Shown here piece by piece: positions 19,092 through 28,644 of a stretch of DNA of 64,000 nt. The DNA lies in contig MPMM01000001.1 in assembly GCA_002238505.1 (NCBI GenBank), positions 973,811 through 1,037,810 of the forward strand. Direction: 5' to 3'. This DNA comes from SAR202 cluster bacterium bin22 (GTDB taxonomy: Bacteria; Chloroflexota; Dehalococcoidia; Lucifugimonadales; UBA3495). The position numbers were made by a program, and so were the translations under genes. The notes beneath the pieces were generated by a model. That model did no database searches, was not told the DNA's origin, and worked only from the letters and a program-made list of their open reading frames with translations. How positions within the stretch are numbered: the first letter of the stretch is position 1; each line of letters opens with the position of its first letter.

Positions 19092-19874
19092 CTAACCCTC
19101 GCCGGCCACTTCCCGCAGTGCGGCGAAATCCCTCCGGTATGCCTCGGCCAGCGTACGGCGGTCGGTGGTGTGCAAGACGAACCGCGCCCCCTGCCGCACC
19201 CAGTGCGCGGAGAGGTCTGCCGTCTGGTGATGAACCAGGGTCGGAATGCCGTGGGCTTCGGAAGTGTCGATGACCTTCTTCACAATGTCCTGGTATTCGG
19301 GCCGGTCATATTGGTCCGGGAACCCGACGGAAATGCTCATGTCGTTGGGCCCTACAAAAATGCCGTCAATCCCCGGCACCTGGAGAATGGCTTCCAGGTT
19401 GTCCACTGCCTGCACACTCTCAATGCCGATGATGGCCACCGTATTGCGATTTCGGTTCTCAAGGTAGGCACGGCTGGCATCGCTGACGTGTTCTCCCGAG
19501 TCCATCAGGGTTCGGACAGCCTCCCCTTTAAGGGGCCGCCACTTGGCCGCACCGATCACTTCCTTGACCTCTTCCACCGTTTCGCAGTAGGGCGCGAGGA
19601 TGCCCTGTGCTCCGGCGTCCAGAGCCATGGTCACGTAGTGAGAAGTGGGGATGGGAATGCGTACTATGGGAACTACCGGCGAGTTGGCGAATGCCGCCAG
19701 GTAGTCCGCCATCTCGGCCCGGCTTCGCGGACCGTGCTCAGTATCAATCACCACGTAGTCGAGCCCAATCCCTCCCAGGGCTTCCACCCACCGTGGATTG
19801 CGCCCATGGGTAATCATGCTCCCGTAAACCCGGCCTCCCCCAGCCAGGGTAGCCTTCAATTCAGCTCCGTTCAT
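19092..19874 (-). CDS. HpcH/HpaI-family aldolase
   Basis: 260 aa. GLDYVVIDTEHGP, VRIP and IESVQAVDNLEAIL..GIDGIFVGPNDMS are characteristic of the family. Confidence 0.85.
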   Translation of the reverse strand: MNGAELKATLAGGGRVYGSMITHGRNPRWVEALGGIGLDYVVIDTEHGPRSRAEMADYLAAFANSPVVPIVRIPIPTSHYVTMALDAGAQGILAPYCETVEEVKEVIGAAKWRPLKGEAVRTLMDSGEHVSDASRAYLENRNRNTVAIIGIESVQAVDNLEAILQVPGIDGIFVGPNDMSISVGFPDQYDRPEYQDIVKKVIDTSEAHGIPTLVHHQTADLSAHWVRQGARFVLHTTDRRTLAEAYRRDFAALREVAGEG

Positions 19875-20020
19875 CAGGTCCTCCGGTCAACTTCAGACTG
19901 CTTGGGTTACCCCAGGCTCAACGTTCAGGACAATTGAAGCTCCCGTGTTGAGCCCTGAGCCCCAGCCAGCAAAGTATAGCACCGGGTTCCTGCCTGACGA
20001 TCCTTGCTATAATCCAACTG

Positions 20021-21187
20021 TTGCCACGGCCATCCATCACGCGGGGAGTCCATTTGAACAGGCCCCAGCTCATAGCCACCCAGGATAATTGGGACAAAAC
20101 AGCCGCGCTGTTAACCTCGGAGCCAGAACTGGCCATCGATACCGAGGCCAACAGCATGTACGCATACCGGGGAAGAATCTGCCTGATTCAGATTGCAACC
20201 AGAGAGGCGGCGTATTTGCTCGACCCCCTGGCGGTGCAGGACCTTTCCATGCTGGGCCAGATCCTGGCCGACCCGGCAATAGGGAAGGTATTTCACGGCT
20301 CGGACTATGACCTGCGCTCATTCCATAGAGAGTATGGTTTTGTAGTCTCGGGGCTGTTCGACACCGAAACAGCCGCCCGGTTCCAGGGAATGGTAAGTCC
20401 CAATCTGGCCGCAGTATTGAAGCAATTTCTCGAAGTTGACATACCTAAGAGCAAGCGCCTGCAACGATCCAATTGGGGGCTACGACCGTTGAGCGCCGAG
20501 GCGGTGAGCTACGCCGCCGCGGACGTTACGTACCTGATTCCCCTCGCTGCCAGGCTGAAGCAATTGCTCAGCATGGCGGGCAGGCTGGAATGGGTTGAGG
20601 AGGAATTCGTCCGACTGGAACACATCGGGGAATCTGCTTCCGAACCTCCGGCACCAGACTTCCTTCGGGTAAAGGGAAGCGACCGCCTGGACTCAGGGCA
20701 ACTCGCCATATTGAAGCATTTGTTTGAACTAAGGGAGGCCGAGGCTGAACGAATTGACCTCCCTCCATACCGGGTGATGGGAAATGATGCGCTGATACAG
20801 CTATCCATGGAACCCTTAACCCCCCTGGAAAGCCTGCCAAGCCTGGCGCCTGCCGCCATGCGAAGGCTGGGCGGCAGGATAAGGGATGCGATTCAGCAGG
20901 GCATGCGTGGACCCGGCATGGAACGCCCACCCAGGCCCAGGCGTCAGCCACCCACCAGGGAAACGCAGGCGAGGCTTCAGAAGCTTAAGCAATGGCGCTC
21001 GGACCAGGGAGCAAATCTGGGACTGGACCCGGCATTGTTGTGGCCCGCAGTCAGCCTCGAGAGGCTGGCGCAGGACCCAGAGACGCTGCAGTCAGAAACC
21101 GGAGGGAACGGTGGCGCGGAAGTGAGAGACTGGCAAAGAAGAGAGTTCGGGCAAGACCTGGAATCAACGCTGACAGCGTTGCGATAA
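20021..21187 (+). CDS. rnd: Ribonuclease D (DEDDy 3'-5' exonuclease + HRDC)
   Basis: LAIDTEANSMYAYRGRICLIQIAT, FHGSDYDLRSF and YAAADVTYL motifs. An alternative TTG start at 20054 has GGGGAG SD. A TATAAT sits at 20007-20012. Confidence 0.85.
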   Translation: MPRPSITRGVHLNRPQLIATQDNWDKTAALLTSEPELAIDTEANSMYAYRGRICLIQIATREAAYLLDPLAVQDLSMLGQILADPAIGKVFHGSDYDLRSFHREYGFVVSGLFDTETAARFQGMVSPNLAAVLKQFLEVDIPKSKRLQRSNWGLRPLSAEAVSYAAADVTYLIPLAARLKQLLSMAGRLEWVEEEFVRLEHIGESASEPPAPDFLRVKGSDRLDSGQLAILKHLFELREAEAERIDLPPYRVMGNDALIQLSMEPLTPLESLPSLAPAAMRRLGGRIRDAIQQGMRGPGMERPPRPRRQPPTRETQARLQKLKQWRSDQGANLGLDPALLWPAVSLERLAQDPETLQSETGGNGGAEVRDWQRREFGQDLESTLTALR

Positions 21188-21210
21188 CGGGTTCCGCGCA
21201 CAAGACGAGT

Positions 21211-21246
21211 AAGGGCCCGGCGTTATGCCGGGCCCTTGGTGTTTTC
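21211..21246 (+). terminator. Rho-independent terminator after rnd
   Basis: aagggcccggc (21211-21221) pairs with gccgggccctt (21227-21237), followed by ggtgttttc. Confidence 0.7.
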
Positions 21247-21273
21247 AGATACTTGCGGGATATTCGAAAGGCT

Positions 21274-22362
21274 CTAAGACTGGTGCCCTTCCAGCATTAG
21301 ACGGCGACAGAAAGCGGCTGTATTGACCAGGTCCGGAACTACCACGTACTCGTCAACGGTGTGCATCTCGTTGGTGGACATTCCCACAACTACGCTCTGG
21401 ATGCCTTTCCGCCGCATCACGTTTCCGTCGGTACCCCCTCCCGAAGGCCGAATGTCCGGCACCAGAGCCATATCCTCCATTATCCGCCGGGTCATCCGTA
21501 CCACACCCTCCTCCGGGTCCAGGTTATACATCTGGAACAGCACCTCAAATTCTTCCTCAATGGTGGCGTCCCGGTACTTTTCCCGCGCCTGCTGAAGGGT
21601 TTGCTGAACCTGCATTCGCAACAGGTCAAAGCTCTCCGTATTGCGGCTCCGAAATTCACCGCCGAAGACAGCCTCTACCGGAACTGCATTGCGAACGGTT
21701 CCGCCCGAAATCAGCCCCACATTAAAGGTTGTCTCCTCGTCCAGCCGTCCCTGTGGCAGTTCCTGGATGAGTTCCGAGGCGATTCGAATGGCGGACAAGC
21801 CTTTTTCAGGTTCGACTCCGGCATGGGCGCCACGACCCTTAACCGTCACGTCAAAGCTCATGTAACTGGGACTGGAACCGGTGATAGTATTGACCGGGCC
21901 ATTGCCGTCGAATACAACGGCCTCCAGGGCACGGATCATGGAGTAATCCAGGTTGGTGGCTCCTATCAACCCGATTTCCTCGCCTCGCGTAAAAACAACC
22001 TGCACCGGTCGGTGGGGCAGGCCTTCTTCCACTACCGACTCAAGCCCCTCCATTATGGCTGCAATGCCGGCCTTGCAGTCGCCTCCCAGGATGGTCTGGC
22101 CCTGCGACACGATACGGTCCCCTTCAATGACCGGAACAATTCCCCGGCCGGGTTCCACGGTGTCCATGTGGGCGGACAACAACAACGGTAACTCTCCCGG
22201 TTCCGTGGCGATGACATTGCCGTGGGCGTCCCGCTCCACCGTCAGGCCCAGGTTCTCTAGCCTGGGAATCAAGTGTTGTGCTACTTCCTCCTCTTCATCG
22301 GAGGGGCTGTCAATCCTCACCAGATCACAGAAGGAATTTACCAATCTTTCCCGGCTTATCAT
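21274..22362 (-). CDS. M20-family metallopeptidase (peptidase T-like)
   Basis: 362 aa. SPSDEEEEVAQHL, AHMDTVEPG and EEIGLIGA motifs. Confidence 0.8.
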   Translation of the reverse strand: MISRERLVNSFCDLVRIDSPSDEEEEVAQHLIPRLENLGLTVERDAHGNVIATEPGELPLLLSAHMDTVEPGRGIVPVIEGDRIVSQGQTILGGDCKAGIAAIMEGLESVVEEGLPHRPVQVVFTRGEEIGLIGATNLDYSMIRALEAVVFDGNGPVNTITGSSPSYMSFDVTVKGRGAHAGVEPEKGLSAIRIASELIQELPQGRLDEETTFNVGLISGGTVRNAVPVEAVFGGEFRSRNTESFDLLRMQVQQTLQQAREKYRDATIEEEFEVLFQMYNLDPEEGVVRMTRRIMEDMALVPDIRPSGGGTDGNVMRRKGIQSVVVGMSTNEMHTVDEYVVVPDLVNTAAFCRRLMLEGHQS

Positions 22363-22480
22363 TGCCTTTCACCTCGGAGTGGATACCTTAATTGCCGAAA
22401 ATTATAACATTCGGCCGGGGAATAACGGCCCCACAGCAGCCTGGACGAGGCTTGGCTTCCCAATTCGGGGAGACGTCGCG

Positions 22481-23356
22481 CTACGGGGAAACTGCAATTA
22501 ACACCAACCCTACCAGTATCAAGCAGGAACCCAGCAGGCGACCCCCGCCGAAAGGTTCTTTGAGAATGACCACTCCGGCCAGCACACCGATGACTATGCT
22601 GACCTCTCGGGCAGGGGCAACGTAGCTTACCCTGGACAAGGAAAGGGCAGTCAGCGCCAGACCATAGGCAACAAAGACGAGCAATCCCGCGACTAGTATG
22701 GGCCAGGTATGGGCCCGCCATTCCCGAACAACCGGGGCCCAACCGTAGTTACGAAGGATGTAAGGAGCAAGGCCAACTGCTACTCCAATTGTGAGCAGGT
22801 ACATGTAGAGAATAGGTTGCACATGTTCGACGCCCCGCTTGTCCACCAGGGTATATACCGTTATGGTCAGCCCGGTGAGGATCGCATAGCGAATGCCACC
22901 ATCGCGAAGGAAGGACAAGGGTCTGGACACGATGTCCCGAAATCGTCCCCACCATGAAACGATATAAATGCCCACGACTATGGAGACAATGCCCAGTACC
23001 GCCGGCCACGCAATTTGCTCACCCAGGGTAAGGACGGCCAGAACCGGCACCAACATGGGGCCAATCCCTCGGGCAATGGGGTACACCAGGGACAGGTCTC
23101 CCCGGGCATAGCCCCGTCCCAAGAGTACAAAGTAATAGACGTGCACCACGATCGTAGCCAGGACGAGCCAGTAGCCCGGCGGAGGTATGGGGTTTAGCCA
23201 GAATAGTACCGCCCCCAGGGGAGCCAGTAACAGGCTGCTTCCAACCAACAGGCTCCAGACGAAAATCTCTTTGTTGTCGGACCGCTTAAGGAGCAGATTC
23301 CAGCCAGAATGAGCCGCGGAGCCCAGCAGGACCAGAATCAGGGCGAGAGTAGTCAT
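22481..23356 (-). CDS. EamA/DMT-superfamily transporter
   Basis: 291 aa. About 10 hydrophobic helices in two EamA-like halves. Confidence 0.85.
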   Translation of the reverse strand: MTTLALILVLLGSAAHSGWNLLLKRSDNKEIFVWSLLVGSSLLLAPLGAVLFWLNPIPPPGYWLVLATIVVHVYYFVLLGRGYARGDLSLVYPIARGIGPMLVPVLAVLTLGEQIAWPAVLGIVSIVVGIYIVSWWGRFRDIVSRPLSFLRDGGIRYAILTGLTITVYTLVDKRGVEHVQPILYMYLLTIGVAVGLAPYILRNYGWAPVVREWRAHTWPILVAGLLVFVAYGLALTALSLSRVSYVAPAREVSIVIGVLAGVVILKEPFGGGRLLGSCLILVGLVLIAVSP

Positions 23357-23408
23357 GGGGTAAGTATAAGCCAGTCCACACCCCGCAGGCTGTAAGGTAG
23401 CCCAACGG

Positions 23409-23438
23409 GCAAAAAGAAATGCCGCTCAAAAGCGGCAT
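23409..23438 (-). terminator. Rho-independent terminator downstream of tRNA-Glu
   Basis: On the minus strand, atgccgct-tttg-agcggcat is followed by ttcttttt (plus-strand 23411-23438). Confidence 0.6.
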
Positions 23439-23477
23439 CAAGCATACTGGCGTTATGTTTAGTTAACGACTAGGTGT

Positions 23478-23554
23478 TGGTAGCGCATAGGGGATTCGAA
23501 CCCCTGATCTCCGCCTTGAGAGGGCGGTGTCCTGGGCCGCTAGACGAATGCGCC
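23478..23554 (-). tRNA. tRNA-Glu (anticodon CUC), CCA encoded
   Basis: Hand-folded from the minus strand: GGCGCAT/ATGCGCT acceptor, anticodon stem CCGCC/GGCGG with loop CTCTCAA, T-arm AGGGG-TTCGAAT-CCCCT, then ACCA. It closely resembles the canonical tRNA-Glu body. Confidence 0.9.
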
Positions 23555-23599
23555 ACATCAACGACTGGATACAAGGCCCAATCAGTATCCAGCGGTAAA

Positions 23600-23628
23600 A
23601 ATATATCAGAACTGGTATTGTTTGTAAA
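23600..23628 (-). promoter_or_regulatory. Candidate sigma-70-type promoter for tRNA-Glu
   Basis: Minus strand TTTACA-17 nt-TATATT, about 45 nt upstream of the mature tRNA 5' end. Confidence 0.5.
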
Positions 23629-23763
23629 CCACCTTTAGAGGAGAGTGTCTGGCCCAGCCAGAACAGGCATGGAAATGGTGAGAATGCAAACATCCAGACC
23701 TGCCTCTAAGTGCCTTGAACCCTCCACCCAGGTTTGCACTAACCGCTACGGAGTCTAAACTCG

Positions 23764-23848
23764 CCTGGAGAGGATGGTCCGGAAGGGGCCCATACCCTTG
23801 CGATGTCCGGTACCCAGGGTTAATCCTCGCCCAGGCAGAGGTCTTTTT
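23764..23848 (+). ncRNA. Candidate structured RNA / orphan terminator-like element
   Basis: Nested helices: cctgg-a-gaggat...atcctc-gc-ccagg, ggtccgg...ccgg(t)acc, and aaggg-gcccata-ccctt, followed by ttttt (23844-23848). No plus-strand gene lies upstream. Possible promoter TTGCAC-16-TAAACT at 23734-23761. Confidence 0.3.
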
Positions 23849-23901
23849 GCTGTTGCCGTCATTTGGGTACATATACCTGCATCTGGCACCCGAAAAGGCC
23901 C

Positions 23902-23912
23902 TGTGGTATATT
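23902..23912 (+). promoter_or_regulatory. Candidate extended -10 element TGTGGTATATT upstream of guaA
   Basis: tgtggtatatt lies ~65 nt upstream of the guaA ATG. It is the same motif class as at 862. Confidence 0.4.
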
Positions 23913-23976
23913 ATTCCAGCTACAATATTACCGATTTCGTAACTACAGGATCAGTAACCGTACAGGAAGGAACCTG

Positions 23977-25581
23977 ATGGTCACCGCTCCCAAAACCTGC
24001 AACTGGGGTACCCATCAAACCGGCAGCACCGTCGGCGAAGGTGTTGTAATTATTGATTTTGGTTCCCAGTACAGTCACCTTATCTCCCGCCGGGCCCGGG
24101 ATCTCAAAGTGTACTCCGAGGTAGTCTTCTCAACCGCTACCTGGGAAATGGTTAGCCGCAGATTTATTCCCAAGGGAGTAATACTTTCTGGCGGTCCTGC
24201 CAGCGTCTATGAGCCCGGCGCTCCTCTAATTCCAGATTGGGTATTTGAGCAGGGATTACCGGTGCTGGGCATCTGCTACGGCATGCAGGCGCTGGTCCAT
24301 CAGCTGGGCGGCAAGGTAGCCGCCAGTGACTTGCGGGAATACGGTTCAGCCGAAGTTTCCCAGGTGGGCGAGACTGATTCCCCGTGCAGCCTCTTTTCGG
24401 GCGTTACGCCTTCCTTTCAGGTATGGATGAGCCATGGCGACCGGGTTGATGCTTTGCCTGAGGGCTTTAAGTCTGTGGCATCCACCGATAACTCCCCTCA
24501 TGCCGCCATTAGCAACGGCAGCAACTACTTTGGTCTTCAATTTCACCCGGAAGTTGAGCACACACCCCAGGGCCAAACGGTTCTGGAAAACTTTCTCTAC
24601 CACGTATGCCAATGCCAGGGTACCTGGACTGCCGGCAATTTCGTGGCCGATTCAGTTAGCCGTATCCATGACCAGGTAGGCGACGGCAAGGTTATATGCG
24701 CACTCTCCGGCGGGGTGGATTCTTCAGTTGCCGCTCTCTTGCTGCATCAGGCCATCGGTGACCGGCTTACATGTATCTTTGTCAACAATGGCCTTCTCAG
24801 GAAAGAAGAGGCTGAGCAGGTGCAGGAAACCTACCGCAAGAACCTCGGCCTGAACCTGCTGTATGTGGATGCGGCGCAAAGATTCGTTTCCCGCCTGGCC
24901 GGCGTGACCGACCCTGAAGTAAAACGCAAGACCATCGGCGAAGAGTTTATCCGGGTATTTGAGGAATCGGCGGCAGAACTCAGTGATACCAAATTCCTGG
25001 CCCAGGGCACCCTCTACCCAGATGTTATAGAGAGTGAGACCCCCGAGAACCGGGCCTCCGCCAGGATTAAGTCTCACCACAACGTAGGGGGACTGCCGGA
25101 ACACATGGACCTCGACCTGGTGGAGCCTCTCCGCTACCTGTACAAGGATGAGGTTCGGGAAGTAGGCCTGGAACTGGGCCTTCCACGGGAAATTGTTTTG
25201 CGGCAGCCCTTCCCCGGGCCCGGCCTGGCCATCCGAATTATCGGAGAAGTTACCGAAGAGCGCCTGGATATTCTCAGGGAATGCGACTGGATTGTCCTTG
25301 ACGAAGTGCGCCGCGCCGGCCTCTACGAAGACATCTGGCAGAGCTTTGCTGTCCTCAGTGACAGCCGCACCGTGGGGGTGATGGGCGATTTTCGTACCTA
25401 CGGCTACGTCTGCGCCATCCGGGCAGTTGATAGCAGCGATGCCATGACCGCTGACTGGGTCCGGTTGCCCTACGACGTGCTGGCGCGGATTTCCAGCAGA
25501 ATCGTGAATGAGGTTTCTGGTGTCAATCGCGTAGTCTATGACATTACCAGCAAGCCGCCCGGCACCATCGAATGGGAGTAG
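23977..25581 (+). CDS. guaA: GMP synthase (glutamine-hydrolysing)
   Basis: ATG at 23977 follows AGGAAGG SD (track start 23863 adds an implausible leader). Motifs [29 protein letters not shown] and the C-terminal PPGTIEWE. Confidence 0.95.
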   Translation: MVTAPKTCNWGTHQTGSTVGEGVVIIDFGSQYSHLISRRARDLKVYSEVVFSTATWEMVSRRFIPKGVILSGGPASVYEPGAPLIPDWVFEQGLPVLGICYGMQALVHQLGGKVAASDLREYGSAEVSQVGETDSPCSLFSGVTPSFQVWMSHGDRVDALPEGFKSVASTDNSPHAAISNGSNYFGLQFHPEVEHTPQGQTVLENFLYHVCQCQGTWTAGNFVADSVSRIHDQVGDGKVICALSGGVDSSVAALLLHQAIGDRLTCIFVNNGLLRKEEAEQVQETYRKNLGLNLLYVDAAQRFVSRLAGVTDPEVKRKTIGEEFIRVFEESAAELSDTKFLAQGTLYPDVIESETPENRASARIKSHHNVGGLPEHMDLDLVEPLRYLYKDEVREVGLELGLPREIVLRQPFPGPGLAIRIIGEVTEERLDILRECDWIVLDEVRRAGLYEDIWQSFAVLSDSRTVGVMGDFRTYGYVCAIRAVDSSDAMTADWVRLPYDVLARISSRIVNEVSGVNRVVYDITSKPPGTIEWE

Positions 25582-25687
25582 CTCCTCAACCTTATCAGCC
25601 CGACTTGGACACCCTGACCTCTTGCTTAACTGGGACTACTTTCAGACTTATGTCAACCATGTCAGTTAACCCCGGAGATATCGTTTC

Positions 25688-27004
25688 GTGAAGATCCTCG
25701 TTGTTGGTTCAGGGGCCAGAGAACACGCCCTCTGCTGGCGATTGAATCTTAGCCCTAACGTCTCTGACATTTGGGTGGCCGACGGAAATTCGGGCACTGC
25801 CCAGGTTGCCAGCAATATGCCCGTATCTCCGGAAGATGTGGACGGGCTTGCCAGTCTGGCCAGCCAGTTACAGGCAGATTTGGTAGTTGTTGGCCCTGAG
25901 CAGCCCCTGGTGAATGGACTGGTGGACCGCCTTGGCGAAATGGGGATTCCAGCCTTCGGCCCCTCTGCCAGCGCCGCCCAGTTAGAGGGCAGCAAGAGTT
26001 TTGCCCGACAGGTAATGACCGATGCCGGTGTGCCTGGCCCCGACTATCGGGTTTTCCGGGACACCGCCGCTGCGCTGGAGTTCCTTGGCGGACATTCCTC
26101 TCCTGTAGTAATCAAGGCCGACGGGCTGGCTGCCGGGAAGGGTGTGGCTCTGTGTTCCGGACCAGAGGAAGCAGTGCTGGCAGTCAAGGGATGCATGGAT
26201 GATCGCATTTTCGGAGCAGCTGGCGAAACCATCGTTATGGAAGAGTGGCTGCGGGGTACCGAGGTCAGCGTGTTCGCCTTCTGCGACGGAGAGCGCCTTT
26301 CTGCCCCGGTGGCGGCCTGTGACTACAAGCAGCTGGGCGATGGCGATCAGGGTCCCAATACCGGCGGCATGGGAAGTTTCTCGCCCCCACCTTTTTGGAA
26401 CGACAAGCTATCAGAACAGGTATGCCGCACAATTCTGGAACCCACCGTAGCCCGAATGGCGGAAATCGGTTCCCCCTACAAAGGTATGCTTTACGCCGGG
26501 CTGATGTTGACCAGGGATGGGCCGAAGGTACTGGAATTTAATTGCCGATTCGGCGACCCCGAGACGCAGGTAATTCTTCCACTGCTGGAAAGTGACCCGG
26601 TTGAGGTTATGCAGGCCTGCATTTCCGGGGGCCTGGCCCAGTCCCCGGTGCGGTGGGGCAATCGGGCCCACGTTGGCGTGGTTATGGTCTCCGGCGGCTA
26701 CCCCGGGGCGTACGAAACGGGCAAGGAAATTACAGGTATCGATGGTCATTGCCAGTCCGCAGAGATGCCTGGCCTGGACACAGATTGTTTTATCTTTCAT
26801 GCCGGGGCGAAACCGGTGACTGACGAGCCGGGTGACACCAGGACCATGACTTCGGGAGGCCGGGTATTAACCGTAGTGGGATGCGGTCAGTCCATTGGCG
26901 AAGCCCGAGATGTGGCCTACAAAAGGGTAAAGCAGATCCATTTTGAAGACGCCGGATACAGACTGGATATCGGCGACTTGTCTGAGGGAAGTCGGAGCGG
27001 CTAA
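25688..27004 (+). CDS. purD: Phosphoribosylamine--glycine ligase
   Basis: 438 aa, GTG start. MKILVVGSGAREHAL, ATP-grasp core, and GDPETQ. Confidence 0.95.
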   Translation: MKILVVGSGAREHALCWRLNLSPNVSDIWVADGNSGTAQVASNMPVSPEDVDGLASLASQLQADLVVVGPEQPLVNGLVDRLGEMGIPAFGPSASAAQLEGSKSFARQVMTDAGVPGPDYRVFRDTAAALEFLGGHSSPVVIKADGLAAGKGVALCSGPEEAVLAVKGCMDDRIFGAAGETIVMEEWLRGTEVSVFAFCDGERLSAPVAACDYKQLGDGDQGPNTGGMGSFSPPPFWNDKLSEQVCRTILEPTVARMAEIGSPYKGMLYAGLMLTRDGPKVLEFNCRFGDPETQVILPLLESDPVEVMQACISGGLAQSPVRWGNRAHVGVVMVSGGYPGAYETGKEITGIDGHCQSAEMPGLDTDCFIFHAGAKPVTDEPGDTRTMTSGGRVLTVVGCGQSIGEARDVAYKRVKQIHFEDAGYRLDIGDLSEGSRSG

Positions 27005-27630
27005 TGAGCCCAGGAACATCTTCAATAGACCGCTTCGAGTTGGCCCAGGCTTACCGGGAAACAGCGCAGACCGGCGTCCTGGCCAGTTACTGGAAGCGCC
27101 GTTGGCAGCGGTCGCAAGAAATGGAAGTATGGCTCGAACCGGAGGCGTTGCCGGCGCTTTCAGAGCAGCAGGCCAGGGCCCTGTACCGGGCGTCAGGCAG
27201 TTCCAGGATCAGCGAATTCTCGACCAATTCCCTGGCCGAGATTTCTGATACCATAGATTTCCTGCTTTTCGACACCGTCACTTTGGAAGCCCGTTTCAAC
27301 GAGTGCGTTGCCGAAGATGGAGCTTATCGCCTGGCCGGGGCTGGCAAGGAGTTTATTTCTTACTTGCTTTGCCTGCGTCAGCCGGGATTGCTGGCTGTCT
27401 GGAATACGGCGGCCGAAAGGGCCCTGCGCCGCTTGGGCAGGTATCCCAGGAGTTTGGGCAAGGGTCACCTTGGACTACGGTATATGGACCTGCTGGACGT
27501 GGCTCATCGCCTCCGTCCCGAGTTTGGGCTGGCAGATTTTCGCGAAGTGGACGAGTTTTGTTATTTCGTCAGCCGGAAGGCCTTCTCGCCGGACCGGAAC
27601 GAACCCGATGATTCGTCCAGAACTAGCTAA
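27004..27630 (+). CDS. Hypothetical protein (pur-operon embedded)
   Basis: 208 aa. Its ATG overlaps the purD TAA (TAATG). No family recognised; coding-like composition. Confidence 0.7.
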   Translation: MSPGTSSIDRFELAQAYRETAQTGVLASYWKRRWQRSQEMEVWLEPEALPALSEQQARALYRASGSSRISEFSTNSLAEISDTIDFLLFDTVTLEARFNECVAEDGAYRLAGAGKEFISYLLCLRQPGLLAVWNTAAERALRRLGRYPRSLGKGHLGLRYMDLLDVAHRLRPEFGLADFREVDEFCYFVSRKAFSPDRNEPDDSSRTS

Positions 27631-27660
27631 AGGGCAGAAAAGAAGGAGTGCAAGGTACCA

Positions 27661-28158
27661 ATGGCCTGGCAGGATGAATTGATGGCCCTGAGAGGCGAGG
27701 TTGAGACGGCTCTTACCCGGATATTGGGTGAACCTGTTGAGGAAGACGCTGACGTCATTCGTGACCGTGCTGAACTATATCAGCTGGCAGCCAGCCTGCA
27801 GATAGCCCAAATGTTGCTGGATATGAACGAAATCGTACTCAGCGGCACCGGGAGGGTGGAATCAACTTCCCTGATGGAATACTATGATGAGGACGAAAAT
27901 TCCTTCCAAATGGAAGACCTCAGAGACGGTGGAGAGCAGGAAGAGGAGGAAGACGAAGAGGAAGACGTTGAAGAGGAACTGAGGCTCACCCTCTTCTGGG
28001 AAGACTCCACTGAGTGCGCCGTTGACGTGGAGCTGGGCAAGTCCGATGGTCGAATTTATCTGCTGGTGAACGGTGAAGAAGTTCGGCAGCAGCGGGAAGT
28101 CCTGGAAACGGCCGTTCTGGACGCTTTCAGGAAAGAGATGAATCTTCTGGCGAGTTAG
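27661..28158 (+). CDS. Hypothetical acidic protein (pur-operon embedded)
   Basis: 165 aa preceded by GAAGGAG SD. Contains a central acidic run GGEQEEEEDEEEDVEEE. No family recognised. Confidence 0.65.
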   Translation: MAWQDELMALRGEVETALTRILGEPVEEDADVIRDRAELYQLAASLQIAQMLLDMNEIVLSGTGRVESTSLMEYYDEDENSFQMEDLRDGGEQEEEEDEEEDVEEELRLTLFWEDSTECAVDVELGKSDGRIYLLVNGEEVRQQREVLETAVLDAFRKEMNLLAS

Positions 28159-28184
28159 CAAATCTACAGGAAAGGAATAAGAAA

Positions 28185-28643
28185 GTGCCACTAGTAGGAG
28201 TAATAATGGGCAGCGCTTCCGACGAGCCCGTCGTCAAGGAAACGCTGGAAGTTCTCGAGCAAATGCAGGTTGACTATGAAGTGCGGGTCATGTCGGCTCA
28301 CCGAACCCCGGAAAGGGTTCAGGAGTATGCCACCACGGCCCGGGAAAGGGGAATCGAGGTCCTGATATCCGCTGCCGGCGGTTCTGCCGCCCTTGGCGGA
28401 GTCCTTGCCTCCTGGTGCACCCTGCCGGTAATAGGAATACCCCTGGCCTCCAGCGAACTCAACGGCTGGGATTCATTGCTGGCAACTTCCCAGATGCCTC
28501 CCGGAATTCCGGTGGCCTGCATGGCCGTGGGCGCCTGGGGAGCGCGAAATGCCGCCTTCTTCGCTGCTGAAATCCTTGGCCTGCGCCACGAGCATATCCG
28601 GGAAGCCTACGAAAATTATCGGAAACAGTTGCGGGAGCGTTAG
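28185..28643 (+). CDS. purE: 5-(carboxyamino)imidazole ribonucleotide mutase
   Basis: 152 aa. VGVIMGSASD, MSAHRTP, AAGGSAALGGV and PVIGIP motifs. Confidence 0.9.
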   Translation: MPLVGVIMGSASDEPVVKETLEVLEQMQVDYEVRVMSAHRTPERVQEYATTARERGIEVLISAAGGSAALGGVLASWCTLPVIGIPLASSELNGWDSLLATSQMPPGIPVACMAVGAWGARNAAFFAAEILGLRHEHIREAYENYRKQLRER

Positions 28644-28644
28644 G

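Noticed and set aside
19053-19937. 294-aa plus-strand ORF
   Set aside because: Antisense shadow of the HpcH/HpaI aldolase (19092-19874, minus strand), which carries the family motifs.
23776-23787. GGUCCGGAAGG string resembling the SRP (4.5S) RNA domain IV tetraloop region
   Set aside because: The 3' partner motif (GGAAGCAGCC...AAGGCAG) is missing at the required spacing, and the surrounding helices do not match an SRP hairpin. It is kept only as an unclassified structured element.
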